NCBI GenBank assembly: GCA_024679065.1
Contig: JAGIQG010000012.1
Coordinates: forward strand, 52,514,001-52,578,000
DNA length: 64,000 nt
DNA from: Sphyrna mokarran
Lineage: Eukaryota
Reading direction: 5' to 3'
A program made the translations under genes and the position numbers. This document shows positions 38,730-51,520 of the stretch, in pieces. Under the pieces are notes generated by a model. That model worked only from the letters and a program-made list of their open reading frames with translations, did not search any database and was not told the origin of the DNA. Within the stretch, counting starts at the first letter, position 1. Each line of letters starts with the position of its first letter.

Positions 38730-39315
38730 TGAAGTAGTGGCATGATGGGAAAACTGGTCAAGTATTTGGTACAAAATAAGGAAAGCTGATCAAGCTATTC
38801 CAAAATGCCAGACCCCTGTAAGACTGATTCCGCATGAATAAGATCAGAGAAGGTCAAGTTATGCCTGACCTCTGTAAGACCCGATAAAGCTGACTCCACA
38901 TAACTTAGGGCTGGAGGAGTGAGGCAAGATAAGGTCAGAAATGACAAAGCCATCGGCCTTCTTCTATTCTATCAAAAAGACAAGATAAAGGTATGAATGA
39001 TGAGAGAAAGAGTTTTAGGAAGTCAACAGGTTGTACCATTTTTTATGATATTACTTATGATGCCACTATTTGATCAACATTCTGAATAAGCTTGGGTTAT
39101 GCAAACTGATAATCATTATGTATAAATACTGAACTGATTCCTTATGTTAGCGCTGACATGAGCAAGAGTCAACAAGTCGTAACGATGGCTCTCTGAACTC
39201 AAGTTTTTGCCAATACTGCCTGCAGTCTTTCATAAATAAGGACAAGTTATTTTAGTGGATCGGACTTCGTTGAGTCTTTTTACTACAGTCAAGAAACAGG
39301 AAAATTTCCAGTTCA
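38730..39315 (+). mobile_element. Possible solo LTR inserted in the Harbinger fossil
   Basis: TGAA...TTCA termini, flanks ACAAA/ACAAC, internal direct repeats (GACCCCTGTAAGAC/GACCTCTGTAAGAC), TATAAATA at 39121. Boundaries uncertain. Confidence 0.4.
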
Positions 39316-39519
39316 ACAACTGTGCTAGCCTCTAAAGTACACACAAAGTCAATAACTAAGCAGATGGTTGTTTGAGATTGAACGAATTGTGTTTTACCTT
39401 CATTTTTTGTCCCTGCTATATTGCCTATCGAGGCTGCAGCTTTTGGGGATCTCAAGAGGAAAATGCGCAGAGAGTTGTGGGGCATGGGGAGGTGAAGCAA
39501 GAGATCCATGCTTACATGA

Positions 39520-40130
39520 TCTTCAGCTTGGTTGTGGTATGAGAAGGAAATGGAATGTGAGAAAGTCTTAGACATGAACACACTGTCATCTTTACCACAG
39601 TCCTGGTGGCAATCGCACCAATAATGGCAAGCGCTATCTCCTCCATCAGGGTGAGACACACAGCCATGCTGTCCCTGCCAGTTAAGTGTTGTTCCCTGCA
39701 GCTTGTGTGACACCTCGCCCTGCAGGAGAAAGGAAAGTCTGTCAGGGGATGTGGTGAAATATGTTTGAATGATGAATCTCTCACAGCAGAATACCTGGCA
39801 ATGTCTATAAGGTGTAAACAATGGATGAAGGGTTCACAAAAGGACAGAATGTGTGAGAGTAAAGTGATGAAACTACTTTGAAATATGAGTATTGTTTGTG
39901 GAAATTGTTGGTAGGAAAATGATGGGAGAGTGATGCATTGAGAAGTGGTGCAATTGTGCGATATGGCACTTGAAAATACATTCCTTAACCTTGATCAGTC
40001 ATATGAGTCCAATGGATTTCTTCTAGCACTGTGTCCAAATTCTCAGGCCTATACTGTGGCCACTGAGCTGCACAGCTGTCTATCTGGAGGGCCTCCTAAT
40101 TCTTTGTGGTTGCTGATCATATGGCAGCAA
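39520..40130 (-). pseudogene. Fossil Myb/SANT-like partner gene of the Harbinger element, with intron
   Basis: RIWTQC*KK..LIK, then donor AAG|GTTAAG (exon ends 39990). Acceptor TTTCCTTTCTCCTGCAG| (exon starts 39719), then REQHLTGR..LTLMEEIALAIIG. Confidence 0.6.
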
Positions 40131-41254
40131 GACTGTAACGTGATGGTGATGTCACTGGCTTAGCCACCCAAAGGCTCAGGCCAATACTCTGTTTTTATGA
40201 ATAATGGAATAGCATGAAGTGTGGAGCATGGGGCCTGAGTGCTGACAACATAAAATTGAAAATCCCTACGCAAATGAGAAAAAAGGTCCTAAAGACTAAA
40301 TGACATTAAAACAAAATGATTTTAAGCAAAGCAACTTAAAGTGAGGACCAACTGTATCAAATGATTAGATAGCACAAAATTTGCGTGCTAGTTGCATAGG
40401 AAAGAACAGTCTTAAGTTAATCTGCCATTGTGTTTCTTAAGCCCATTTTCTCCATTGTTCGGTGGTAAGTGCCAGGATTAAACATCAACTACAAAAGATC
40501 CAAGGTGAGCCAAGTTCAGTGACTCCTCTTGGTCATAGCTAATGCGCACCTTAGTTATTCCTTAGGCTAACTTCGTGTCAGTTTTTCTCATTAGTTATGT
40601 TCTGTGAAACCTGCCCTTGGTTTCAGTCACCCTGGTTACATAGAAATAGAAGGATTTCTAATTTGATTAAATGAAACCTATATGAGGATTAAACCATCAA
40701 ATGGTAATGCAAAAACAGTAGCTGGTAAAATTAGCAGTTAAAAGAAAATAGAATACATAACTAAATTTAAGTTGCTCTGTTTAATTTAAGTTAAGCTGAT
40801 TATTTAATTTGCTCTTCTTAGATTTAAGTCATTATTTCAATATCTTTAGTTTGGAATGAACAAAGACCTATGTTAGTGTAACAGTTCAATTTACTTGGTT
40901 TTATAGTTGCATTTTCATAACATAGTTTTAGATGGAGAAATTATTTTGTCCTTTCAATCTCATGCTTTGAGGATACCAAATCTACCATTTTCTAATTATT
41001 GCATCTCGCTGTTGTTTAGCCTCCTCTCTGGCGTAATATGCCTTTAAGGTAGAACAGCATGCCATTGCTAGACAGGAAGTGGATCATGTGATCCAGTTTC
41101 AGTTCCCCTTTGGCCTGTGAGCAGAACACAACACACAAAGCTCTGCAGCAAATGTCTTCAAAAATCATATCCAGGTATGAATGTTTTCGTGTGCCTGGTT
41201 GCAATGAATAAACTCACAACATCTCCACTAATCGTTTTTGAATGATTGTTCATT

Positions 41255-41585
41255 TTATTCATTTATGGGAGCTGGGCATTACTGGGCCAGCATTTAATGC
41301 GTATCCTCAATTGTCCTTGTTCAGAGGATATTTAAGAGTCAATCATGTTGCTATGGGTCAGACCAGTTGAGGGCAGCAGATTTTCTGCCCGAGGGAACAT
41401 TAGTGAACCAGATGGTTCTTTTTACAATAATTGACAATGGATTCACAGTTATCATTAGAGTTTTAAGCACAGGCTTGTTTTTATTCAATTAAAATTCCAC
41501 AACATGCCATGGTTGAACCAGTGTCTCCAGAGCATTTTTCAGCGTTACCAGCCAAATGACAATACCACTATCCCATTGCCTCCCT
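41255..41585 (-). mobile_element. tRNA-derived SINE, second family
   Basis: Reverse complement resembles 15500-15760. Confidence 0.6.
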
Positions 41586-43639
41586 TATTGTAAAAGCACA
41601 ACATTGTATTGCGTATTGGTAAAACAGCCAAGCAAGGTGATTAAATACAGGTACAACATAGTGAACAGCCTTAGATTATGCTACATGGCATTAAACGACC
41701 TTTGACTGTTTGGTCAGAGAGCAACAAGGCCGATGGAAAGTATTGAATTTGCAGCTCTGTGACTGCACAGAAAAGTGTTGAGGACATCAGTAGCAGAGCT
41801 GTGTGTGCTGTGTTCTGCTCACAGGCAGGCTTTTTGCTATTGGACATGCTCCATCCAAACTGATTCTCTTCTTACCTGACGGCCAAACATGCACATTTTA
41901 ATTTGGTGATCTCTGGGTAACGATCAGAAGGGGGAATGTTACTGATTTATTTGCCCCTGCAAGTTCAGAACCTAGAATGAGATTGACTAACTTGGCACGA
42001 AATGCTGATTGAGCAGTAAAGAGACGATAATTAATAATTGGTCCAGTCTGTCAACATTCTGGAACACCTCTGAGGATAAATTGCTTCATTGTTTTTAGTG
42101 CCACCAGCATCATTATTATTCAGGATCTATATTCAGACAAGGGATCAAGGAAGAGTGAAAATTTGATGAGACTAAAGGAGGAAAAAGATTTGTAAAACAT
42201 CTACTGGGGGCATTCCAGGGCCAAACAGTCCAAGTAATGGATTTGCTCCTGAGGCCCAAACACTGTTACCTTTGGTTATTCAGCACTGTTTTGCATCACT
42301 AGGAAGTTTAGACCATTCTATAAAAGAGAAAAGTTGTAATATAACATCTAACCACTAACAGTCACCTCAATATAGTGAACAGCTACAATGATTCAAATGG
42401 TCACAGTCACTTTTATATAATCAAAGGAATTCATGCTAGAAAATATGTATTGGAAGAATGCTTTGCCTTTTAAATACATTGTCTAAATTTCGATTTTCCT
42501 TCAGTTTAGTAGCACGTTGTTTCAGAAGATGCAACAGCTGCCTCAGAATTGAATCAGACCTTGTGAACATCCATTGAATGAAACCATGGAAGGCGGAGCG
42601 GGGGGCGGGGGAGGTGGTGTAGAATTAATACACAACGAGCTTTTTAAAAAGACATTCTTCAAACCTGACAGCAAAAGGACAGACTAACTGACAGTTAGAA
42701 AAGGAGCAGATTGAGAGCCAAGTAAAACAAAGAGCAATGAGTCACAAAAGGGGATGCAAAATTAAATATCTTATGAAACTTGGAACATTTCAAGACTGAA
42801 GGAAAAGTGTTTCTGCAATTAGACAGTATGTTACAAATAAAAAAAAGATATTGACAGAGACAAGTGAAAAAGGTTTATCACTAAAAGTCTCCCTTTGTGC
42901 TGACTGTGGTTAATGTCCGATTATTCATAAACAGCAACAGCAATTTGACTTGTTCCAGTCATTATAATTAGTTTCATCTGAAAAACCACATGCAGATAAG
43001 CTACCTTATTTTAGATGACTGTGCACAAGTGGGCTTTATGTAATATGTGACAGTTTAGTATAGTCTTATTCATCCTTTGTTTAACTTTTTTAACACTGGG
43101 GTATTTGAGGGATATTTTAATCCCAAAAAATTATTTACAATTTAGTCTGATCTTATATTTTCTATCTCCGCAGGAGAGTTATAACCTGGGAGTGAAAGAG
43201 GAGTGTTTTTTTGTGGAATAGATCCTTCTAGTCGTCCTTGATTTATGTTTAAAGAACAAGTATAATTGTTCTTGTGTGTTTCATGGATAACCATAATCAT
43301 CTCATTTAATAATGCCAAATTTCTTAGTATGTCCATAACTTCAATGTGATTAAAAATGCTTTAATTAAAGCTTACCATCTTCAATATTAGCATATGAAGA
43401 CAACTTCTTCATGTGCAATATCCTCTATTCTAAATCAGCTAGTGCCTCCATTACATTATTGAAAATTAGTCAAACAAATATGTTATGAGTATGCACATTA
43501 ATAAAATAAACATTAATCTGCAAGCTAAAAAAAAACTGCAGGCAAGAATTTTGGATTATTTGCATCTGCATTTTAGGCATTACAAGTATCTGTAGAATTG
43601 CAAAATGCATCTGCAGTTTGAGCATACAATTGTGGTGCA

Positions 43640-44800
43640 AATCATGTAAGACACGATAATAATGTGGGTATTAGTAGACACTGTGAATGCCTGCCGGAAC
43701 TGACCAGATCATGACATCAATCAGAATTGACACTAACAGTGCCATTTTGGAACTTGGATGCCCCAGCTAATACCTTCTCTTAATCTTGTACAACAAACAT
43801 GTTCAAAAGCAAGACATACACCCCACCACTGTGATTTAAAAAGACTAGTGACTATTCAAAGATTAGTTACTACTTGAATTTTCTCTGGCTATTGCTTCAA
43901 TTTTTCAACTGTTTTTGGTGCTTTGTTTCGTTGTTTAAAGTTGCAAGAGTCTACAGGGAGTGGGGAAGCAGGTGCTGAAGGAGTTCTACTGACAATAAGG
44001 TGCACAGATCAGTTGCTTCCAGGCATGGGTGCACTACTAGACATTTCTCTTAGAATACAGCATGTCTTAGAGAATCAATAGAGGTTCACTGACACTCTCT
44101 ATTCATTGAGAAGCAATTGCGTTTCATTCTCTTTTGCCAGGCAAAGTGAACACATGGCTTTGCTAGGATTGCAGACATCCCTGTGGTGCAGAATGCAATT
44201 GACTGCACAGACATCACTTTGTGGGCATGACCTGACAGTTCTACCCTATGCTGGAACCAAAAGAGATTCCATTTCCTCACGTCCAGCTGGTCCTGACCAT
44301 ACACAGAGAATCATACAGGTCAGTGCCCAACATTAGTCAATGGCTCACTTATCTGAGTGAGCTACCATTGAATGAAACCCCAAATTCCCATTCACCGGAA
44401 TGGGACCATCCCACTGTCAATGACCGTCACCATAGCTGCTTGGCTACAATGCAAAGATAGAAACAACCAGAAAACAAATATTCCAAACCAATTCTATAAA
44501 TCAAACATTTCCATATGGCATACAAAGTTTAACCAATTCTCCTGGTGCATTCCATTTGTACCTGACTTTCTGTATGCATCTTCACCCTTCTTGCCCACTG
44601 TCCTGGTACAAGCCACTCGTACTGGTACCTCACCATATGCAGGTTCCATTTCAATGCTATCTAAATTACATGCAATGTCAGTATCTGATCTGGTTGCTGG
44701 GAGCATGAAATTGAGTAATGTTGTGTCTCCTTCATCATTCTCCACTGTTTGTACAAACACATTCTTTGGGTCACTGAAAGTGGCTATGGTACAGGGTGGG
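43640..44800 (+). pseudogene. Second, internally deleted Harbinger fossil
   Basis: GFARIADIPVVQNAIDCTDITLWA, NQKRFHF and HTQRIIQVSA (44155-44330). The upstream region and ATGGGTGCA start (~44025) resemble 37000-37210. Confidence 0.7.
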
Positions 44801-45906
44801 AGGCAAGTAAGAGGTGCACACTCACACCATCTTCAGTTTGGAAATCAAACCATTATCTGCAAACAGCTAAATCAAGGGAAAGAAATAGTTTTAGTTTCAA
44901 TCAGTTCAAAACCTTCTGACTAAACTCAGAGCCAAGCTATCAAACAGCAACTCCCCCTTTTGCCAATCCTTAATGTCCTGGAGTAAGTTATTTTATTTGA
45001 TTGATTGGCATGGGAAATTGAAAATCAAATTAATTTTTCATGTTCGTTTGTGATACTGGTCAACAAAATGGCATATTAGTTAAGCCAAAGCATTGTTTTC
45101 AGGGGAAAGAATATATCAACCAAGAACATGTGAGTAACGGTGAGAATGAACAATACTAAGGCCTTATTCTTCATTCAGAAATTACAACTTTCTCAAGTGA
45201 AACACTTGAAAAGAAAATGGCAAAAGAAATCTATATAATTCAATGCAAAAATGGGACCACCTCAACACAAAACATGTTCACTTTATAAATTGTAGCCAAT
45301 ATTGAAATCAGCTGACAGGATGTTAATAGACCAGTCGAAATATTCCAGCATCTATTCTTCATTTGTGGAATGATTTCACAGGTTACATTAACTAATTTCA
45401 CAGTGTGCTGCAGAACTCCATTATCTCAGCAATTTAGAGAAAGGGGTTTGTTCAAAGATTTGTACTAATCATGAGTCTCCATTACGATGAGAATGTTTTC
45501 CCTTTACTGTTCAGTACCTTTCAGCATCTTTACTTGCAGTGCGCTGCTGAGGGCAATAATAATATTCAATCTGGTGTATGAAGCACAGCCATAGTGAATG
45601 CATAAAGCAACCCTTTTTGTTTTTATAGGTCAGGAAACATTGATAGTGGTGCCACATTTTGCATGAATTCCAATTTGAGACAGATGTTGGCTCCTTAAAG
45701 ATATATAGGTGACAATGTGACAGTGCTGGTAGAGTGAACATGTTGTTAGTCAGACAACAGATGTTTCTCAGTTTCTGCATCAGAGCCACAGACCTGACTT
45801 TGTCACAACCTTATGCCTGGGTATAAAAGTCTAGTGTTGTGTCAAATTGCTGCCTAATTCTACATTATGCACTATTAAATGCAGACAATAACAAGTTTTC
45901 CTTACA

Positions 45907-47952
45907 TGGTGGCACAGTGGTTAGCACTGTTGTCTCACAGTGCCAAGGACATGGGTTCAATTCTCAGCTTGGGTCACTGTCTGCGTGGAGTCTGCACGTT
46001 CTCCCTGTGTGGGTTTTCTCCCACAGTCCGAAAGATGTGCTGGTTACGTGCATTGACCATGTTAAGAATAGAAGATTGGTTAGGGCAAGATTAGGGCCAA
46101 TCAGAGACAGCAGAGGGAAGTTGTGCGTGGAGCCTGAAGAGATTGGAGAGGCACTGAACAAATATTTCTCTTCGGTATTCACGCAGGGAGATGTAAATGT
46201 AGTTGTGGAGAACACTGGGATACAGGGTTGCAAACTGGAAAGTATTGAAGTAGATAAGGAGGATGTGCTAGATATTCTTGAGGGTTTGAAGTTAGATAAG
46301 TCCCCTGGGCCGGACGGGATTTACCCTAGGATTCTCTGGGAGGCTAGAGAGGCGATTGCAGAGCCTCTGGCTCTGATCTTCAGGTCGTCGTTGGTTACGG
46401 ATGTAGTGCGGAAGACTGGAGGATAGCGAATGTGGTCCCATTGTTCAAGAAGGGGAATAGAGACTTTCTGGGGAATTATAGGCCGGTGAGTCTTACTTCT
46501 GTTGTGGGCAAAGTATTGGAGAGAATTATTAGGGATAGGATTTATAGTTATTTAGAGAGAAATGAATTGATTGGGGATAGTCAGCATGGTTTTGTGAAGG
46601 GTAGGTCGTGCCTTACTAACCTTATTGAGTTTTTTGAAAAAGTGACCAAAGAGGTGGATGGGGCTAAGGCAGTTGATGTGGTATATATGGACTTTAGTAA
46701 GGCGTTCGATAAGGTGGCCCATGGAAGGCTTCTGCAGAAAATGCAGATGTATGGGATTGAGGGTGATTTAGCTAATTGGATTAGGAATTGGCTAGCAGAT
46801 AGAAGACAGAGGGTGGTGGTTGATGGAAGTTATTCATCGTGGAGTTCGGTTACAAGTGGTGTACCTCAGGGATCTATTTTGGGGCCCCTGCTGTTTGTAA
46901 TTTTTATAAATGATCTGGATGAGGGTATTGAAGGATGGATTAGTAAATTTGCGGATGACATCAAAGTCGGAGGAGTGGTAGATAGTGAAGAGGGGTGTTA
47001 TAGTTTGCAGAGAGACTTGGACAAGTTGCAGAGCTGGGCCGAGAGGTGGCTAATGGAGTTTAATGCGGAAAAGTGTGAGGTAATTCACTTTGGCAGGAAT
47101 AACAAATGTGTAGAGTATAGGGCTAATGGTAGGACTCTTAATAGTGTTGAAGAACAGAGGGATCTTGGTGTATATGTGCATAGATCCCTGAAAGTTAGCA
47201 ATCAAGTCGATAAGGTTGTTAAGAAGGCATACGGAGTCTTAGCTTTTATTGGTAGGGGGATTGAATTTCGGAGCCGCAACGTCATATTGCAACTGTACAA
47301 AACTCTAGTGCGGCCGCACTTGGAGTATTGTGTACAGTTCTGGTCCCGCAGTATAAGAAAGATGTGGAGGCATTGGAGAGGGTACAAAGGAGGTTTACCA
47401 GGATGTTGCCTGGTATGGAAGGCAGGTCTTATGAAGAGAGGCTGAGGGATTTGAGGTTGTTTTCGTTAGAAAGAAGGCGGCTAAGAGGAGACCTTATTGA
47501 AACATATAAGATGATTAGAGGTTTAAATAGGGTGGACAGTGATAGCCTTTTTCCTAGGATGGAGAAAGCTAGCACGAGGGGACAAGCTTAAATTAAGGGG
47601 TGATAGTTATAGGACGGATGTCAGAGGTAGGTTCTTTACCCAGAGGGTGGTAAGGGTATGGAATGCCCTGCCTGCTTCAGTTGTAGATGCGCCAAGTTTG
47701 GTGGCGTTTAAGAGGTTAGTAGATAAGTTTATGGATGAAAGGGGAATGGTTTAGGTTAGAGGGTCATTGCTTTTTCCTAATTGGTCGGCGCAACATCGAA
47801 GGCTGAAGGGCCTGTTCTGCGCTGTAATGTTCTATGTTCTAAATTCTCCCTCAGTGTACTTGAACAGGTGCCAGAGTGTGGCAACTAGGGATTTTCACAG
47901 CAACTTCATTGCAGTGCTAATGTAAGCCTACATGTGACACTAATAAACTTTT
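45907..47952 (+). mobile_element. HE1-related SINE split by a CR1 (parts 45907-46064 and 47842-47952)
   Basis: ...GCATTGACCATGTTAA | LINE | AAATTCTCCCTCAGTGTAC... restores a contiguous SINE. Confidence 0.88.
46065..47841 (+). mobile_element. 5'-truncated CR1-clade (HER1-like) LINE ORF2 with a few frameshifts
   Basis: [57 protein letters not shown]; tail ATGTTCTATGTTCT. Confidence 0.97.
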
Positions 47953-48589
47953 TACAGTTCAATTTACTGTGCAGCACACATCTGAGGTATATGTCCATTC
48001 ATTTTTGATCAGAGAAAGAAAAACTTCCTCTGGTATAAAGACTTTCCTGATTCCAGGACACCCCAAAAATGCAACCACTGAGATGAAAATGCAATTTAAA
48101 TGAACTTAATCATTTAAACAAAGACAGGTATTTGCTTACCCTCGAGTTCTGACACACAGGTAAGCTTTCAGAGGATGGGCTTTAGGACCTTTGACTTATA
48201 CAATAACTACATTTTAAAAGTATTCAAATAAGCACACTTACATGATCAGAACCCTGCTACAAAGTAAACTGAACTGCAACAGAAACTCTTGTATCTTCAA
48301 GATACCAGCTTCTATAAAGGACCTTTAAGTAATCACAGTAACTGTTTATTGTGACCATACTAACACTTTTCATTTGTGTGTGGTAGCATTTTGTGTCATT
48401 CTAAAGTCATTCTTTATATAAAAGCATGTTCGTTTTTAGTAATCAATAATGAATGCCTACGTTTTAAAAAACATGCAGAGAAATAAACTGATTGGTTAAA
48501 AACTGACCCCACCAGAAATCATTTGAGCAGCAACAGTTGAATGGCAGCATTCAATTTCAACAATCAACAGGTAACGTTTCATCAATATA

Positions 48590-48720
48590 AGAACATACAA
48601 ACCAGGAACAGGAATAAGCCATCTGATCCTGCATGCCTATTCCACCATTCAATAAGATCATGGCTAATCTTTCCATGGACTCAACTCCACTTACTCACCC
48701 GCTCACCATAACCCTTAATT
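48590..48720 (-). mobile_element. CR1 3' tail fragment
   Basis: ATAAGAACATACAAACCAGGAACAGGAATAAGCCAT...TTCAATAAGATCATGGCT. Confidence 0.6.
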
Positions 48721-49179
48721 CTGAAGTTCTGAAGTATTGTTTTGAAGTAATTTGAAATTTATAAATTGTATATGAAGCTCAGCAATGTGCTTTTATGAAA
48801 GCAACCCCATTTTCTGCCAATTAATCTATAGAATGTCTAACACAACGTCATTAAGATAATATTAAGTCACTGGGACTCCTAAGGGGTTCCAAATCCTATT
48901 AATGTGATCACTAGTTTTTCCATTGATTATCTCATCGAGAGTCAGACTGTGGAATCCCACCCACCCCTCCTCTCCATGACTGGTTTAATGTTGGGTATTA
49001 ATGGGGGTAGAATGCAGCGGGAGTCAAAAGTTCTGTTTTCTGCCAGCATAAAATGACAGCATCTCTTGGAAGGCTGATTCAGACTTAAATCTCACAAATA
49101 CCTCTTAGTGGCGATGAGCTTGGCTGACCCTGCCTCCTGTCATGTAGATACTTGTCTGTGTATCCTCAACACCTTGTGG

Positions 49180-50110
49180 GGAAAGCTGTGTTCTCAACCT
49201 CCTACTATACTTCTTTATACACTATAACTATGTGCTCAAATTCCCCTCCAATTTGATTTTCAAGTTTGCTCTTGACACCAACATAGTGGGTCGGATCTCA
49301 AACAATGATGAGACAGAACATGGGAATGGGATAGAGAATCTGGTGAACTGGTGCGATGACAATAATTTCTCCCTCAATGTCGACAAAATGAAAGAGATTG
49401 TCAGTGACTTCAGGAAGCGTAAAGGAGAACATGCCCCTGTCTACATCAATGGGAATGAAATAAAAGGGGTCGAGAGCTTCAAGATTTTAGGTGTCCAGAT
49501 CACCAACAATCTGACCTGGTCCCCCCAAGTCTGACACTAAAGCTAAAAAATCCCATCAATACCACTACTTTTTCAGAAAACTAAGGAAATTTGGCATGTC
49601 AGCTACAACTATCACCAACTTTTACAGGTGCACAATAAAAAGCATTCTTTCTGATTGTTTCACAGCTTGGAATGGCTCCTGCTCTGCGCAAGACCACAAG
49701 GAACTACAAAAGGTTGTGAATGTAGCCCAATCCATCGTGCAAACCAGCCTCCTATCCATTGACTGCGTCTACACCTCTTGCTGCCTCAGCAAAGCAACCA
49801 GCATAATTAAGGACCTCGCGCACCCCAGACCTACTTTCTGCCATATTCTTGCAGAAAAAGATACAAAAACCTGAGGTCACGTACCAACTGACTCAAGAAC
49901 ACTTCTTCCCTGTTGCTGTCAACTTTTGAATGGATTTACCTTGCATTAAGTTGGTCTTTCACTACATCCTAGCTATGACTGTAACTCTACATTCTGCAGT
50001 CTCTTGTTTTCTTTTCTATGAATGTTATGCTGCACTATAAAATGCACAAGAAACAATAATTTTCACTGTATATTAATACATGTGACAATAATAAATCAAA
50101 TCAAATCAAA
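49180..50110 (+). mobile_element. Rex1/Babar-clade LINE 3' part (RT remnant)
   Basis: KFALDTNIVGRISNNDET..ENLVNWCDDNNFSLNVDKMKEIVSDFRK and NFYRCTIKSILS; tail (ATCAA)n. Confidence 0.85.
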
Positions 50111-50269
50111 TTAATGAAAACCAGACTGTGAGCCTTTTACCAAACTAGATTCAGTACCCATCAATTATACAGCAACAGATCAGTAAACTCCAGTATTGAA
50201 CCCAAGAATATATAGCAACAGGTCACTTCACTTCAGTACTGTAACCCCCTCATGGTCAATGGATCGTTG

Positions 50270-51520
50270 TCTGTCATTTCCACTCCCTTTAGCTTGATGC
50301 CATCACCAAAGATACCTTTCCGTTCAAAGGAACAATTCTCTGTGTAACACCCTGGTGAGCTCTTCATTCAACTCCATCACCTCCTCCATTTTCCACAGCA
50401 ACATCCTTAGTGATAATACCTACACTTTTACCTCACCCTTCCCATCATCCAAGACTCCAAACGTGTCTTCCATGTAAAATGGTGATTTTTTTGTGCTTCT
50501 TTTGCATTATACCCGCTTCTCCCAATGCTGTCACCCCTGCACTGTGTTTCTGGTTACCAACATTTTAATTCTCCACCTTGCTCCATGCTGACCTCTCTGT
50601 CCATGGTCTGCTACAATGTCCCAATGAAGCGCATTGTAAGCTCAGGGAGCAGTACCACAATTTTCAATTAGACATATTACACACTACTGGTCTCAACATT
50701 GGGGGTCAGAGGTCAGGCACGAGGAATTAGGGGTCAGAGATTGGGTCATTGAGTGGGGTTGGAAGTGAGAGATGTGCGGAGAAGGTTAGGGTGAGATGGG
50801 ATGAGGTAATCCGTTGTCTGGGGTGGGCCCACAGGGGTGGAATCCTTGGGTGGTGGAGAAAACTATGGGGTGGGGGTACTTAGGAGTGTCTCCTGTGATC
50901 TTGGGTGTGTGGGGGAAATCTTTGGTGGGGTCAGTCTGGGTGTTTATAATCATTAACCAGAAGGTAAAAATGCTTGTACTTCTTCTAACTATTACAGAGT
51001 AATTATTGGTGTAGCTTTGGTAGAACTATCCAAAGTTAATGATTCAAATTGCATTTTTAAATGGCTCACGGGTCAGGGAAATTGCCCAGAGGACGTTGGC
51101 ACTTCTGGGTAATTGCTGTGTAAATCTGTACCTTTGAAGCTCTGAGAGGAATTCCCCAAGTCTGACATTAGGGAACTTGGAAGTTATTGATGATTGAATT
51201 CAACAATTTCAGACCAAAATCTCTGTCTTCATTTTGTTGTGTCCTGTTAGTGATTCTACTATTTCCCATTTATAACTCCTCTGGAGAACATGTTTGTTTC
51301 TTGACTTATTACCATTTGCTTTGGCCCATCACATAGTCAGGTAGCCATAGCAAGGATCACATTGTGTTCAGCAGGTCTGGTAGTATCTGGAGAGAGAAAC
51401 AGAGTTAAAATTTCTGCTCTGTGAGAGATTTCTTTCTCTATAAATGTTGCCAGATCTGCTGCGTGTTCCTACTTTATTTTGTTTTTATTTCAGGCTTCCA
51501 GCATCCACCAATATTTTTCT
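50270..51520 (+). mobile_element. Decayed Penelope-like element 3' part, interrupted at ~50700-51190
   Basis: NEAHCKLREQYHNFQLDILHTTGLNI resembles the PLE ORF C-terminus. The sequence continues at TGAATTCAACAATTTCAG (51195), with inverted terminal pieces at 51370-51515. Confidence 0.55.

Noticed and set aside
39252-39821. 189-aa ORF as a host gene
   Set aside because: It runs through the intron and frameshifted exon of the fossil Myb/SANT gene and into the LTR-like insert.
44372-44923. 183-aa ORF
   Set aside because: It lies within a Harbinger remnant, antisense to the probable partner-gene fragment, with no recognisable domain.
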